A DNA stretch of 64,000 bases from Candidatus Cloacimonadales bacterium (GTDB taxonomy: Bacteria > Cloacimonadota > Cloacimonadia > Cloacimonadales > JAIOQZ01). The translations under genes and the position numbers were made by a program. The notes under the pieces were generated by a model, which worked only from the letters and a program-made list of their open reading frames with translations, was not told where the DNA came from and did no database searches. The DNA lies in NCBI GenBank assembly GCA_963674825.1, contig OY771587.1, forward strand, positions 2,944,001 through 3,008,000, given 5' to 3'. This document shows positions 9,415 to 19,565 of the stretch, in pieces (the first letter of the stretch is position 1; every line of letters starts with the position of its first letter).

Positions 9415-11673
9415 ATGATAAATCAAGCGTTGAGAGATGTGCGGGACGAAGCCCGGAGAATCCTGAAGGATACTCCGGAAAAAGCACTTCGGTTAATCGA
9501 GGAGTTTCTGGCTGAACATCCGAATTTGCCAGAGACCGACGAAATGATCGATCTCCGAGCTTATATTGGTGTGGCGAAGCTGAATATCGGTCAGGCGATC
9601 GAGGGCAAGAAGATTCTCGACGCGATCATGCCGCAACTCGAACAGCGCCAGTTGCTGCAAACCTTGATGATCTGTCATAACATGCTCGCATTCTATATGT
9701 GGCGAAACAATGATCTCAAGGGCATGCTTAAGCACAGCTTGAAAGTCGATGAGATTGTCGCCCGGATCGGTGATGAAACCCTCAGCCCGAGTCGTTACCA
9801 AAACCTCGGTTACGCCTACATGGAGTTGGGTGATTTTGCCCGGGCACAGGCTTATTACGAACGCTCGATTATCCTTTGCCGCAAACTGGGTAACTACAAT
9901 TCACTAATCCAGACCTATAACAAGATGGCATCCAACTTCGTGAAGCAGGAACAGTACAAGAAGGGCTTGGAATACTACTTTATCGCCTGGCATCTCTGCA
10001 ATGAGCATAAAGTTGATGTTCTGAAAGGTCGTCTGCTGCTGAATATAGGTACTTGCTACCGCTCATTACTGGACTTTGATAAGGCATTCGAATATTATTC
10101 CCGTAGCCAGGAAGACCTGGAGAAGGCGAATGACAAAGAGATGCTGGCCGTTCTCTATCTCAATCTCGGGATCCTTTATCATAAAACCAATGATCTCGCC
10201 AATTCGCTCAAGTCATACTTCCAGGCGCTGAAGCTGCATACAGAGCTGAATATGCTTTGGCAGCGGGGTACGCTCTACAACAACATCGCCAATATTTACT
10301 TCGCGCTGAACAACAATAAGAAAGCGATGAAGTACTATACAAAAGCACTCGAAGCAACCCATAAAGACGAAAACCCGGAGCTATACGCACTGCTCTCAGT
10401 CAATGTCGGTAGTTGTGAGCGAATCAACGGTAATTACTCCAGCGCTGAAGAGTGTATCAAGCGGGGAATTGAGATTCTGAAAGAACACAAGCTCAAATCC
10501 CATCTGGGCGAAGCATATCGTAATCTCGCTTACAATTCTTCTGAACGGGGTGATTTTGAAGAAGCGTATGGGTATCTGCTTGAATGTGTTCGCTACTATG
10601 AGCGGATTTATGATTTTTCTTCATCGGACGAAATTGAGACCATCAAGAAAAAATACGACATTCTGACTACGCAATACGAAAATTTGCAGGAAAAATACGA
10701 GATGCTGAATCAGGATCTCGAGAAACAGGTCGGGCATCAGCTTATCGGCAAGAGCAAGCAGATGCGCGATGTGCATAATCTGGCGATGAAAGCCGCCATG
10801 CATCCGAATGTGAACGTACTCATCTACGGAGAAAGCGGTGTGGGTAAAGAGATCATCGCTCGAATTATCCATCATGCCAGCATCCGCAAGAATGCTTACT
10901 TCAGTGCCATCAACAGTAGCGCTATCAGCGATTCGCTATTCGAAAGCGAGTTTTTCGGGCATGTTAAGGGCGCTTTCACGAATGCCGATTACACTCGTAA
11001 GGGGTATATCCAGCAGGCTCATGAAGGAACCCTTTTCCTCGATGAAATTACCGAGATGCCACTCGATTTCCAGGCAAAACTACTACGCGCGATCGAAGAG
11101 AAGAAGATCATTCCCGTTGGCGACAGCAAACCGATCGAGGTCGATTTCCGCGTGATTGCCTCGACCAATCGCGATGTCCATAATATGGTGCGCGAAGACC
11201 ATTTTCGCTATGACCTTCTTCATCGCCTTAACACGATAGAAATCTATATCCCACCGCTAAGGGAGCGAAATGAAGACATCATCGTCCTCATGTGGTACTT
11301 CATTGAGCTTATCGGCAAGCGACTCAATCGCGAACCCGTGAACATCACCGAGGGTTTCATCGATCGTTTCCGTTCCTACTCGTTTCCGGGCAATGTTCGT
11401 GAACTGAGGAACCTCATCGAACGGGCTATCATTCTGGCTGACGATCGGGTCCTTAACGAATCCATCGCCGGGATGATTCTCTCATCAAGAGATGAACCGG
11501 TGAGGGTACCGCAGGTCAATACGGTTCAGACTCTGAACCTCGATGAGAACGAGAAACAGCTTGTAATGATGGCTTTGAAACGATCCAACTGGAATCAGAA
11601 AAACGCTGCCGATCTGCTGGGCATCTCTCAGAATGCGATCTACCGCAAGATGAAGAAGTATAATCTGAAATAG
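9415..11673 (+). CDS. TPR-repeat sigma-54-dependent transcriptional activator (TPR-AAA+-Fis HTH)
   Basis: Several TPRs (NLGYAY, NIGTCY, NLGILY, NNIANIY); Walker A GESGVGKE; GAFTNA; LFLDEI; FPGNVREL; C-terminal HTH. Confidence 0.92.
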   Translation: MINQALRDVRDEARRILKDTPEKALRLIEEFLAEHPNLPETDEMIDLRAYIGVAKLNIGQAIEGKKILDAIMPQLEQRQLLQTLMICHNMLAFYMWRNNDLKGMLKHSLKVDEIVARIGDETLSPSRYQNLGYAYMELGDFARAQAYYERSIILCRKLGNYNSLIQTYNKMASNFVKQEQYKKGLEYYFIAWHLCNEHKVDVLKGRLLLNIGTCYRSLLDFDKAFEYYSRSQEDLEKANDKEMLAVLYLNLGILYHKTNDLANSLKSYFQALKLHTELNMLWQRGTLYNNIANIYFALNNNKKAMKYYTKALEATHKDENPELYALLSVNVGSCERINGNYSSAEECIKRGIEILKEHKLKSHLGEAYRNLAYNSSERGDFEEAYGYLLECVRYYERIYDFSSSDEIETIKKKYDILTTQYENLQEKYEMLNQDLEKQVGHQLIGKSKQMRDVHNLAMKAAMHPNVNVLIYGESGVGKEIIARIIHHASIRKNAYFSAINSSAISDSLFESEFFGHVKGAFTNADYTRKGYIQQAHEGTLFLDEITEMPLDFQAKLLRAIEEKKIIPVGDSKPIEVDFRVIASTNRDVHNMVREDHFRYDLLHRLNTIEIYIPPLRERNEDIIVLMWYFIELIGKRLNREPVNITEGFIDRFRSYSFPGNVRELRNLIERAIILADDRVLNESIAGMILSSRDEPVRVPQVNTVQTLNLDENEKQLVMMALKRSNWNQKNAADLLGISQNAIYRKMKKYNLK

Positions 11674-11741
11674 CAGCTGAACATGATAAGAAGAAACAAA
11701 TCAAACCCATTAAATCACGTTTTCGCCATATCCATGATCAC

Positions 11742-11769
11742 ATAATCGTGATTATCACGTTAACGGGAT
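11742..11769. promoter_or_regulatory. Tandem palindromes, candidate enhancer (UAS) sites
   Basis: ATAATC-GT-GATTAT perfect inverted repeat overlapping ATCACGTTAACGGGAT (one mismatch from a palindrome). Confidence 0.45.
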
Positions 11770-11887
11770 TCAGTATTTTTCTCGCCTCTTTTTTATAACT
11801 TATGGAATAACAACGCATTGCATCAATATACATCCTGAAAACACATTTGGCACATTCATGCTTATTAAGAACAACGGAGGCTGTGTT

Positions 11888-12091
11888 ATGGTAGATGCAG
11901 TAGAAATCGGACATATTCAGATCACGCAGTATAAGCCAGATCAGAAAAAAGGTTCAATTGGATTCACGGTTACGACCTCGAATTCCAAAATCAAGAATAT
12001 CATCTACTACTACGACCAGTCCAATTTCCAGACTACGCTCGATAAAGTCAAGGCACTGCGAGAAGACTATATCGAACGGGTCCCCAAATAA
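11888..12091 (+). CDS. Small hypothetical protein (67 aa)
   Basis: GGAGG RBS 7 nt before ATG 11888; followed by a terminator. Confidence 0.65.
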   Translation: MVDAVEIGHIQITQYKPDQKKGSIGFTVTTSNSKIKNIIYYYDQSNFQTTLDKVKALREDYIERVPK

Positions 12092-12111
12092 GCCCGGCAA
12101 CTGCACCACAT

Positions 12112-12154
12112 AAAATGCGTCCCTTCTAATCCCAGGAGGGGCGTATTTCTTTTT
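12112..12154 (+). terminator. Rho-independent terminator
   Basis: atgcgtcccttct...aggaggggcgtat stem followed by ttcttttt. Confidence 0.65.
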
Positions 12155-12329
12155 GAGTTACAATTTACGAATTACGAGATGCAAGCACACATGCGATGGC
12201 AAATGCTCTCTGCGGGTACGCAGACGACTTGTCTTTAGTTCCTTTGGCGCGCTAAGCAACAGTTTGTTTTCTTATCTTCCAGTGTCATGCAACGTGCGAC
12301 GCAGGAGCTTTCAACCTGCTATAGACTTG

Positions 12330-13217
12330 CTACTTGATCATCGACTGCCAGTACGTGCGATGATTCTGGATACCTCTACGGGCAGCGGAAAGCTCGCCCA
12401 TCAAGTCTTCAAAATGCTCATCGTTTGGGAGTGGATCCTTTATATAGCGTGTCTGACGCAGGATCTCGCGCGAGTAGTATTCCACCACCTGACACACACG
12501 GCTGAAATTCGTATAGGTGTCGTTTGGTGTAAGGTTGATCAGGTTGATGCCGTCGTTGACCTTCTGGATGTAGTCGTCGATATCCTGTTTCTTCAGCTCC
12601 AGCGATGCTTCGTTTGCCAGCAAACTGAATGCTGGATAATAGCCGAAATCCTCGGTGAACCAATGGATTACTTTGTAGTAGCCGGAATAGCCCACGATGT
12701 CTGGAGTACTTCGCGTAAATGCGTCGATCTCACCATCGTTGAAAGCGTTGAAGAGCTTCTTCTTCGATTCGTATAGTATAAGATTCCAGCCGTAGTTGCC
12801 CTTTTCATTGAGCGCTTGAGTAATATCAGCGAGTTGGCTCGAGATGAGAACGCCGATCTTTGCTCCGTGAAGCTGTTCGAGCGAATCGATTTTGCTGGAT
12901 GTCACGATTCCGCCACCACCACGTTGAAGCGGCTGGATGATGCCTATTGTTTTTGTGTCGTCGAGCATCGCCCAGGATGCCGGCAATGCCGCCAGATCGA
13001 CAGATCCTTTTTTCAGCGCTTCAAAGAGCTTTTCTTCGCTGGAATATTTGCGGAACTGAATCTTATCCCTGGGATAGAAATCAGCTTCCACGGCAAAGTG
13101 GAGTGGGAATGCGGCGATCTGGTCACGGACTTCACCAACGTAGATGATATCCGGCTTGTTCATGCATCCTGCCAGGATCAGCAGGGATAAGAAGGTCAGA
13201 GCGATCAATTTCTTCAT
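12330..13217 (-). CDS. ABC transporter substrate-binding lipoprotein (NMT1/SsuA-like)
   Basis: Lipobox MKKLIALTFLSLLILAGC; ALKKGSVDLA, LEQLHGAKIGV, AFNDGEIDAF; alternative start 13274. Confidence 0.75.
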   Translation of the reverse strand: MKKLIALTFLSLLILAGCMNKPDIIYVGEVRDQIAAFPLHFAVEADFYPRDKIQFRKYSSEEKLFEALKKGSVDLAALPASWAMLDDTKTIGIIQPLQRGGGGIVTSSKIDSLEQLHGAKIGVLISSQLADITQALNEKGNYGWNLILYESKKKLFNAFNDGEIDAFTRSTPDIVGYSGYYKVIHWFTEDFGYYPAFSLLANEASLELKKQDIDDYIQKVNDGINLINLTPNDTYTNFSRVCQVVEYYSREILRQTRYIKDPLPNDEHFEDLMGELSAARRGIQNHRTYWQSMIK

Positions 13218-13270
13218 GTGATATCCGATCTCAATTTTTTGATATAAAACCATTTGCTGGTTAGTATCTA

Positions 13271-16200
13271 TCATTGGTACACGATCATCTTGCCGGTCTT
13301 TTCTTTCGATTTTCCGGAGACGGGTTCGGTAACCTTGATTTTATAGATATAGGTGTTATTGGCGATCTTGTCGCCATCGGCATCGCGTACGTTCCAGCGG
13401 ATTTGGTTGTACCCTCTTCTGCATCCCATCCGTTCAATGGTCTGGATTTTCCTTCCTGTGATGGTATAGACGCTGATCTTCACATTGTAGTTGGTGGAGG
13501 AATCGGCGTTTTGAGAGATAACGAACGTGAAGTAGAAGTCTTCTTTGCCCTCGTAAGGATTGGGGTAGGGCAGGATGTCGGTCAGGCCGATATCGGTACC
13601 GGTATCGGAGTCGGTAGAGACCTTGAAATCGATATGCTGCACGGAAGGTTCGTTGGCATTATCGAACGCGATCAGCTCCAGTGTGTGGTCACCCTTGGGG
13701 ATTCCCGATAGCTGCCAGCTGAGTTCGCCAGTGGTATGGGAATCGAGATTGTAGGAGAATCCTTCAGTGACATCGGTAAAGGTGGTTTCCTCATCGATGC
13801 GCGTCAGGATCTTGTGTCCAGGCTTGCCGAGGATATTGACGCCGGTGCTGTCCGAGATGTCAGCGATTAGAATGGGATCTGAGGTCACGGTGTCCTCTTC
13901 CTCGAAATCTTTGGAGTCGAGCCACATCTCGATGCTCGGAGCGTCGTCGTTTTCGATATATACCGCCTGTGTACTCAGGCTGATGGGGTAGAGGAACGAG
14001 ATGCGTGAGTCGTCGCCGTTTTCCGTCATGGCGATCATGCGTCCGGTAGTACCGCCTGCGATATCGTAGGGGACAATGAAGGTTGCATCGTAATTGCCGT
14101 TTTCGACAGACGCTTCTCCACGGAAAAGCGGACTGGAGAGCTCAGTCCAGGTAGCAACGGCAGTATCGGTCGCGTAGTACTTGTATTCGGTTTCGGCATC
14201 GTACACGCGCAGCATGGTGGTGCTGCCATCATAGATATCGCTTCCCACGAAGTTGTAATCACCTTCAACGTTGATTGTCTGAAGCGCAAAGAGGCTGTCC
14301 GGTCTGTCTTCGATGACCATGTTCTCCTCGCGCGCTGGAGGAACCAGCATCATGACCGGATCGCCCATGAGTACGTAGCGCTCGCTATTACCGGTGCTGC
14401 CACTGGATTGGTTGTGATAGATATTCTTTGCATTCATGAGCGCAAGCCCTAGAGGTTCTCGATTGTTGCACATTTGTTCGAGAAGGATACCCATCAGGCC
14501 GGTGTTGTTTCCACCGGTCGTTTCGCAGGTCGCAGCCAGCGATGCGATAGCGCCTCCGTTTTCAGCGAAAAGCACCTCTTCTGCCAGGCAGTTTGTTTCG
14601 TAGGTGTCGAATTTACCGACCGAGCACGAGGCCGCGATGAACAACGGAAGTTTATCCGCGTTGTCGAGGAGTGGTAGATCGCTGATAGAGAAATATTTCT
14701 CGTCTCCCAGAACATGGGTTGCGCCATGGCCGGTATAGTAAAAGACCAGAACGCCTTCGTTGAGCTTTTCAACGACATAATCGCGAACATCAGGTTTGGC
14801 GTTGAAGGCGTCGAGTTCGTACTCAATCGCCATGACTTTCTCAACGTAGATGGCCGGAGAGACCTGCTCGGAGTTGGTCTGGGCGTTGTTGGTGTGTTCC
14901 ACCTGATTGATGCTGCCCGAATTGTACTGGTCGTCCGCCACGATCATCACGGTGTTTTTCCAGAAACCGGCAGTTGGGTTTTCGAGATAGGCGCGTACAC
15001 GCCCGATCATCAGTTCGAGATCGTCCACAGTCTGTGCAGGATATCGTCCGATAGCCATTTCCGGGTAATCGTCATCGGTGAAATAGACGAAAAAGTCGTC
15101 GCTGGTGGTTGAACTGATCTGATAGGCAATCAGCCTGTTCTTGGGGATGCTGGAATCAGAGAAGTTACGCCAGTCGTAAACGCCAGCCCCAAGCAGGACA
15201 ACATAGGTCAGGGCATCGGGATCGTTCTGGCAGGCGTTCTCGAGGAACATCTTGATACCTGCCGGATCCGGCATACCGCCGGAGAACTGATTGAATACGT
15301 CTTGCAGCTTGGCGATCTGTGTATTGTAGCCGTAAAATTCCTGATAGATATTCTTGAGCTCTACCGCACCATCCAGGAAAACGTCTGGTGTGATGATCAC
15401 CACTTGGCGACTTGGTGTGTTCGTAAGATCGACGGGATTGTAGAGCTCAACGGTATCGGCGGAATAGTAGTCATCGGAAGATGTAACGTAAATTCGCGTA
15501 CTGGAATTACCGTTTCCGATGAAGGAAAATCCACCTGAAACACTGCTGATGGGCCGAAGCTTGACGTCGTCGAAGTCATCCACTTCGAATGCTTTCAGGT
15601 TGCTGTTATAGTCGCTGCTGAAAGTATATTCGATATTGTCGCCGATGTCGGTGTCCGCGATATCGATGCGGAACTGCCCGGAGCGCTTGATGAGTTTCTT
15701 GAAGTATTCGAGTTCGTAATAATCGAGCAGGATATTTGTCGATGAAGTGCGTGTCAGCCGCACTGTAAGCGCGTTGGAACCATTCTGAGCGAAACTGCCT
15801 GACCCGTAAAATGTGCGATAATAGGGGCCGTTCCAGCTGTTGTTCAGCACCGTAGTGCCATTGAGGAGAATCGTAATCTGATGTCGGTTATCATTAACAC
15901 CGGCAACAGAGAGTTCGCGTACAGCGATACGGAAGGTTTGATCTTCGGTGGGGTCGATATCGCTGATGTCGAAGGAGTAGTTATAATCCGTAACTGCCGA
16001 GCCCTGATAGCCGAGCTGCTTCGAATACCAGTCGAAGCCGTCGTCTTCGCGCCGGATTGATTCTTCTTCATAGTGCATTGTGGTGAAGGCGTTACTTCGG
16101 GAATCGGTAGAGCCATCCAGCGATGTACTGGTGATGCGCGCCGGATTGGTGTCGCCTTCGCCAAATGTAAGCCAGTAAACACCGGCTTGAGAATAGGGGT

Positions 16201-17173
16201 TGTAATAGTGGTTGGGCTCGATCTTCACATTGATTTCGTAGTCGTCGCGATCGCTTCCATAGAAGAGAATGTAGTCGCTCGAATCGAATGAATGGTCCGA
16301 TTCGCCCTCGACAAAGATCGGGATTTCTGCGAACTTGAGGCCGTCGAAATTGTATCCGGGATCCATCACCTCGCCGCCTGTTCCGAACAACCGCAGTTCA
16401 GTGGGATCGATCATGCCGATGTCATACAGGTTATTGATTGTGCTGGCCGGGATCTTGAAGATACCGTCTTTCTTCACTTCGATCCTGAGCCAAATGGGAT
16501 ACGCTGCGAAATCCGCGTATTCGATTTCATCGCGATCACTTGTCTTCCAGCCCGCAGCCTGGGATGGATTGAGGACGACCGATTGCAGCGCTGGAGAAGG
16601 TTTACTTAGTCGGGAAGATTTCGACCGGTTGCCTTCGTAGGTGAAACGTACTCGAATAGATTGCTGAATGGAGAGTGTTTTGTTATCGTGATTGTAGGAG
16701 AATGGGTTTACGCGTACGGTAACTGTCTGGATGCCTCGGAAATGCCCATTATGGACGATCTCGACCATCGGATGAGCTTCTTCTTCATAAGCTTCGGTAT
16801 CGATCTCGTACGATTGCCTGCTGACCTCGTTCGCGTCTTCCTGATAGATCTTGGGGATCGGGATCAGGGGTGCGTCGAGATGCTGCACAATTGCTTTTCG
16901 TGCGTCGGTGGAGAATCGAATAGAGCCTCCCGGCGGAACCGCGATTCGACGCGTGAAATAGGGAAGATCCGGCTGACCGGCGTCTCCCGGATGCACCATC
17001 GATTGCGTCTGGATGCGCGTGAAATCGCCTTCGCGACTAACATCGTAGTTGTCGAGTGTGAAATCGACAACGAGTTCATTATCGGTCTCGGAAACAACCG
17101 TGACCCCGGCGAAAAGCCCGGTAGTAAGCAATAATAGTATCCATACGAGGAACATCTGTTGGCTGCGTTTCAT
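13271..17173 (-). CDS. porU: C25 (gingipain-family) peptidase, PorU-like T9SS sortase candidate
   Basis: Signal peptide; C25 propeptide-like N-terminus; SDDFF, IGRYP, YTGHG (His), ASCSVG (Cys), LMGDP; C-terminal PYPNP..VYTITGRKI..W...DADGD.IAN. Confidence 0.85.
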   Translation of the reverse strand: MKRSQQMFLVWILLLLTTGLFAGVTVVSETDNELVVDFTLDNYDVSREGDFTRIQTQSMVHPGDAGQPDLPYFTRRIAVPPGGSIRFSTDARKAIVQHLDAPLIPIPKIYQEDANEVSRQSYEIDTEAYEEEAHPMVEIVHNGHFRGIQTVTVRVNPFSYNHDNKTLSIQQSIRVRFTYEGNRSKSSRLSKPSPALQSVVLNPSQAAGWKTSDRDEIEYADFAAYPIWLRIEVKKDGIFKIPASTINNLYDIGMIDPTELRLFGTGGEVMDPGYNFDGLKFAEIPIFVEGESDHSFDSSDYILFYGSDRDDYEINVKIEPNHYYNPYSQAGVYWLTFGEGDTNPARITSTSLDGSTDSRSNAFTTMHYEEESIRREDDGFDWYSKQLGYQGSAVTDYNYSFDISDIDPTEDQTFRIAVRELSVAGVNDNRHQITILLNGTTVLNNSWNGPYYRTFYGSGSFAQNGSNALTVRLTRTSSTNILLDYYELEYFKKLIKRSGQFRIDIADTDIGDNIEYTFSSDYNSNLKAFEVDDFDDVKLRPISSVSGGFSFIGNGNSSTRIYVTSSDDYYSADTVELYNPVDLTNTPSRQVVIITPDVFLDGAVELKNIYQEFYGYNTQIAKLQDVFNQFSGGMPDPAGIKMFLENACQNDPDALTYVVLLGAGVYDWRNFSDSSIPKNRLIAYQISSTTSDDFFVYFTDDDYPEMAIGRYPAQTVDDLELMIGRVRAYLENPTAGFWKNTVMIVADDQYNSGSINQVEHTNNAQTNSEQVSPAIYVEKVMAIEYELDAFNAKPDVRDYVVEKLNEGVLVFYYTGHGATHVLGDEKYFSISDLPLLDNADKLPLFIAASCSVGKFDTYETNCLAEEVLFAENGGAIASLAATCETTGGNNTGLMGILLEQMCNNREPLGLALMNAKNIYHNQSSGSTGNSERYVLMGDPVMMLVPPAREENMVIEDRPDSLFALQTINVEGDYNFVGSDIYDGSTTMLRVYDAETEYKYYATDTAVATWTELSSPLFRGEASVENGNYDATFIVPYDIAGGTTGRMIAMTENGDDSRISFLYPISLSTQAVYIENDDAPSIEMWLDSKDFEEEDTVTSDPILIADISDSTGVNILGKPGHKILTRIDEETTFTDVTEGFSYNLDSHTTGELSWQLSGIPKGDHTLELIAFDNANEPSVQHIDFKVSTDSDTGTDIGLTDILPYPNPYEGKEDFYFTFVISQNADSSTNYNVKISVYTITGRKIQTIERMGCRRGYNQIRWNVRDADGDKIANNTYIYKIKVTEPVSGKSKEKTGKMIVYQ

Positions 17174-17332
17174 CTTTTACATCTCCCATTCATCAAGAAG
17201 GCCGGTTTTTCTTACGTAACGTCGAACCTGCCCTTGTGTTACGAAATACAACGTTATCCAGATGATGTCAATTGTGTCAAGTGCGGATGAGCAGAAAAGG
17301 GATTTTGAGGTGTGTCTTCTATTACCCGACCT

Positions 17333-19510
17333 TTATTTCAACAGAATCATTTTGCGCACGGATTCATGCCGGTCCGTCCAGAGGCGCGAGAAATAGACGC
17401 CGCTTGCTGCGTGTTGCGGTTTCCACACGATGCTGTGGCTTCCGGCGTCCAGCACTTCATCCAGCAGCGTTGCAACCTTCTGCCCCCGGACGTTGTAGAT
17501 CTCCAGCCTCGCGTGGCCGCGCTTCGACAGGTCGAACGAGATCGTCGTCTCCGGGTTGAACGGATTGGGGTGGTTGGGGTGAAGCAGCGCGGAGGGGGAT
17601 GCCATCGGGATGGTTTCGTCGTTGCTGTCCAGTCCATTGACCTGAGCAAGCACGAGGGACGAACCACTACAGATGACAATGTTGTTGTCATTGAGGAATT
17701 TTACCTGGCTATCCTGCCATTGAAAAACGGTGTTGAATTGGTCATCCGTTATGAAGGTTTTGAAGTAGTTATCGGAGAAAAGGTAGTGCGAATCGCCATT
17801 ACTTGAAGGGGCGTAATTATACGAGAATTGGTAACCCGGCACTTCGAGGGGTGCAAGTTCAATGGGATTATCCATGTCACTGATATCGTATGGGCATAGA
17901 CCTTCTTGAAATGGTAGCAGAACAGAATTTGACTTGAAGATTCTGGTTGTGTTTGGCATAAATGAGATTTCTGATAGGGAATAATCGGATTCGATACGAT
18001 AGTAGTGAATGCCAAGATGATAGGTATAGTTCTCAATAATAAAAATGTGACTGTCATCTAAAAACATGCTTGAGTTGGCATAGAAGTCAGGGTTGTATTC
18101 GCTCAAGAAGGATAGCTGATCACCCTCAATGCGATAGAGCCTGAAGATTACTTCATCATTGACATAGAATGCAAGGCACGCAAGATCATCATATATTGAA
18201 AACGTGAGGTAGTCTCCAGGCACGTCCAGATTGGTTATCGATTCAATTCCATAGTCTCCCATTTTCACGATCTGAACGTAGTTATCGAACCAGAATTCCC
18301 AGCTATCTTTATCACTACGGTATTTATTGATTGAGAACCATCCGTTGGTTTCGAAGGGAAGAAAATCCCTTGTGTGAAGATCATAGATGCAGTATTCATT
18401 CGAAGAGTAGTTCTGATCACTGTCCACGAGTAGTAGTAGATACCTGTCCATGATGATTTCTTGAAAATAGTAATAGGGCGATGTCGAGAGCAGGTTCTGG
18501 TTATCAAAATCATGATCGATACGATATATGTCTGAGTTAGTGAATCCGAAATAACCATCTCCATCAGGATACAAATTAAGCGTCCAGCCAGAAATGCCTA
18601 TCTGGAAGTCTTCCCGCTCGGATAGTTCGTTATTTATCCAATGAAATCTCACGATTGCGAAGTCGTCAAAATCTCGATTTCCTACAAAGACGATCTCATC
18701 ATCCTGAACCATGCAGCATTCGTGAATACCTGAGTAAAGCTGCCGCTCATCCTCAAGATGGAGAATCCCGCTATCGGTAAAAGAAAATACATCAAGGAAA
18801 TGCGTGTCATTTTGTAGTGTTACGACGAATAGATGATCATCATATAGAATGGCATCTGAAATGTAATTCGTATCAGGCCAGTCTTCGGTTGCGGGTTGCA
18901 GTTCCATTGTTGTCAGGTCATCGCATACCTTGATAACGCTTGTATATTCGACGAAGTAATAATGATTATCATGCTGAAATGCCTTGAAAGCTACACGGTT
19001 TGCCGATAAAACAATAGATGATACAAGCTCCGGCTCATGCAAATCTTCAATATTGTAGATCTCCCAACGTGAATCAACCGTTTCTTCATTTGGGAAAGTT
19101 AAATGACATTGAAACAGGTTTGTTCCCAATACATTCAATCCCTGCAATAAATATTCTGTTCCTGGCTCTTCATATTCAATGATTGTGTCGGTACAAAGGA
19201 GTTCATTGTTATCAATCTGATAGACATCAATTCCTTGATGTAAGTGGGCAATCAAAAAAGTGCTGTTGGTCAGTTGTCTTATCGGGTAATTGTGATTATC
19301 GCCGATATCGGTGTCGAGAAGCTCGATGTTATCTCCATCGATCCTGAAGATTTGACGGGTTCTGCCCGTGTTTGACAGGAATAATCCATCTCCAATCTTT
19401 ATTGATTGGTAAGGATGGATACCACCGAGGTCGATTTTGTCACCAAGCTGGATATCAATGGCATTTAAACATGCTGCAATTGTCAGTAAAACGAAAATAA
19501 TGTATTTCAT
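17333..19510 (-). CDS. Secreted beta-rich protein with T9SS/FlgD-like C-terminal domain
   Basis: Signal peptide; C-terminal NHPNPFNPETTISF..IYNVRGQKV..ASGVYF..KMILLK. Confidence 0.85.
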   Translation of the reverse strand: MKYIIFVLLTIAACLNAIDIQLGDKIDLGGIHPYQSIKIGDGLFLSNTGRTRQIFRIDGDNIELLDTDIGDNHNYPIRQLTNSTFLIAHLHQGIDVYQIDNNELLCTDTIIEYEEPGTEYLLQGLNVLGTNLFQCHLTFPNEETVDSRWEIYNIEDLHEPELVSSIVLSANRVAFKAFQHDNHYYFVEYTSVIKVCDDLTTMELQPATEDWPDTNYISDAILYDDHLFVVTLQNDTHFLDVFSFTDSGILHLEDERQLYSGIHECCMVQDDEIVFVGNRDFDDFAIVRFHWINNELSEREDFQIGISGWTLNLYPDGDGYFGFTNSDIYRIDHDFDNQNLLSTSPYYYFQEIIMDRYLLLLVDSDQNYSSNEYCIYDLHTRDFLPFETNGWFSINKYRSDKDSWEFWFDNYVQIVKMGDYGIESITNLDVPGDYLTFSIYDDLACLAFYVNDEVIFRLYRIEGDQLSFLSEYNPDFYANSSMFLDDSHIFIIENYTYHLGIHYYRIESDYSLSEISFMPNTTRIFKSNSVLLPFQEGLCPYDISDMDNPIELAPLEVPGYQFSYNYAPSSNGDSHYLFSDNYFKTFITDDQFNTVFQWQDSQVKFLNDNNIVICSGSSLVLAQVNGLDSNDETIPMASPSALLHPNHPNPFNPETTISFDLSKRGHARLEIYNVRGQKVATLLDEVLDAGSHSIVWKPQHAASGVYFSRLWTDRHESVRKMILLK

Positions 19511-19525
19511 ACTATCCTCAAGAAC

Positions 19526-19551
19526 GGATAGGACCGTTGCCAGCCCTATCC
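19526..19551 (-). other. Intercistronic stem-loop
   Basis: ggatagg-accgttgccagc-cctatcc inverted repeat with no T-run. Confidence 0.55.
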
Positions 19552-19565
19552 AATATTGTTAGTGG

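Noticed and set aside
12153..12776. 207-aa plus-strand ORF
   Set aside because: Non-ATG start, antisense to the binding lipoprotein, no recognisable features
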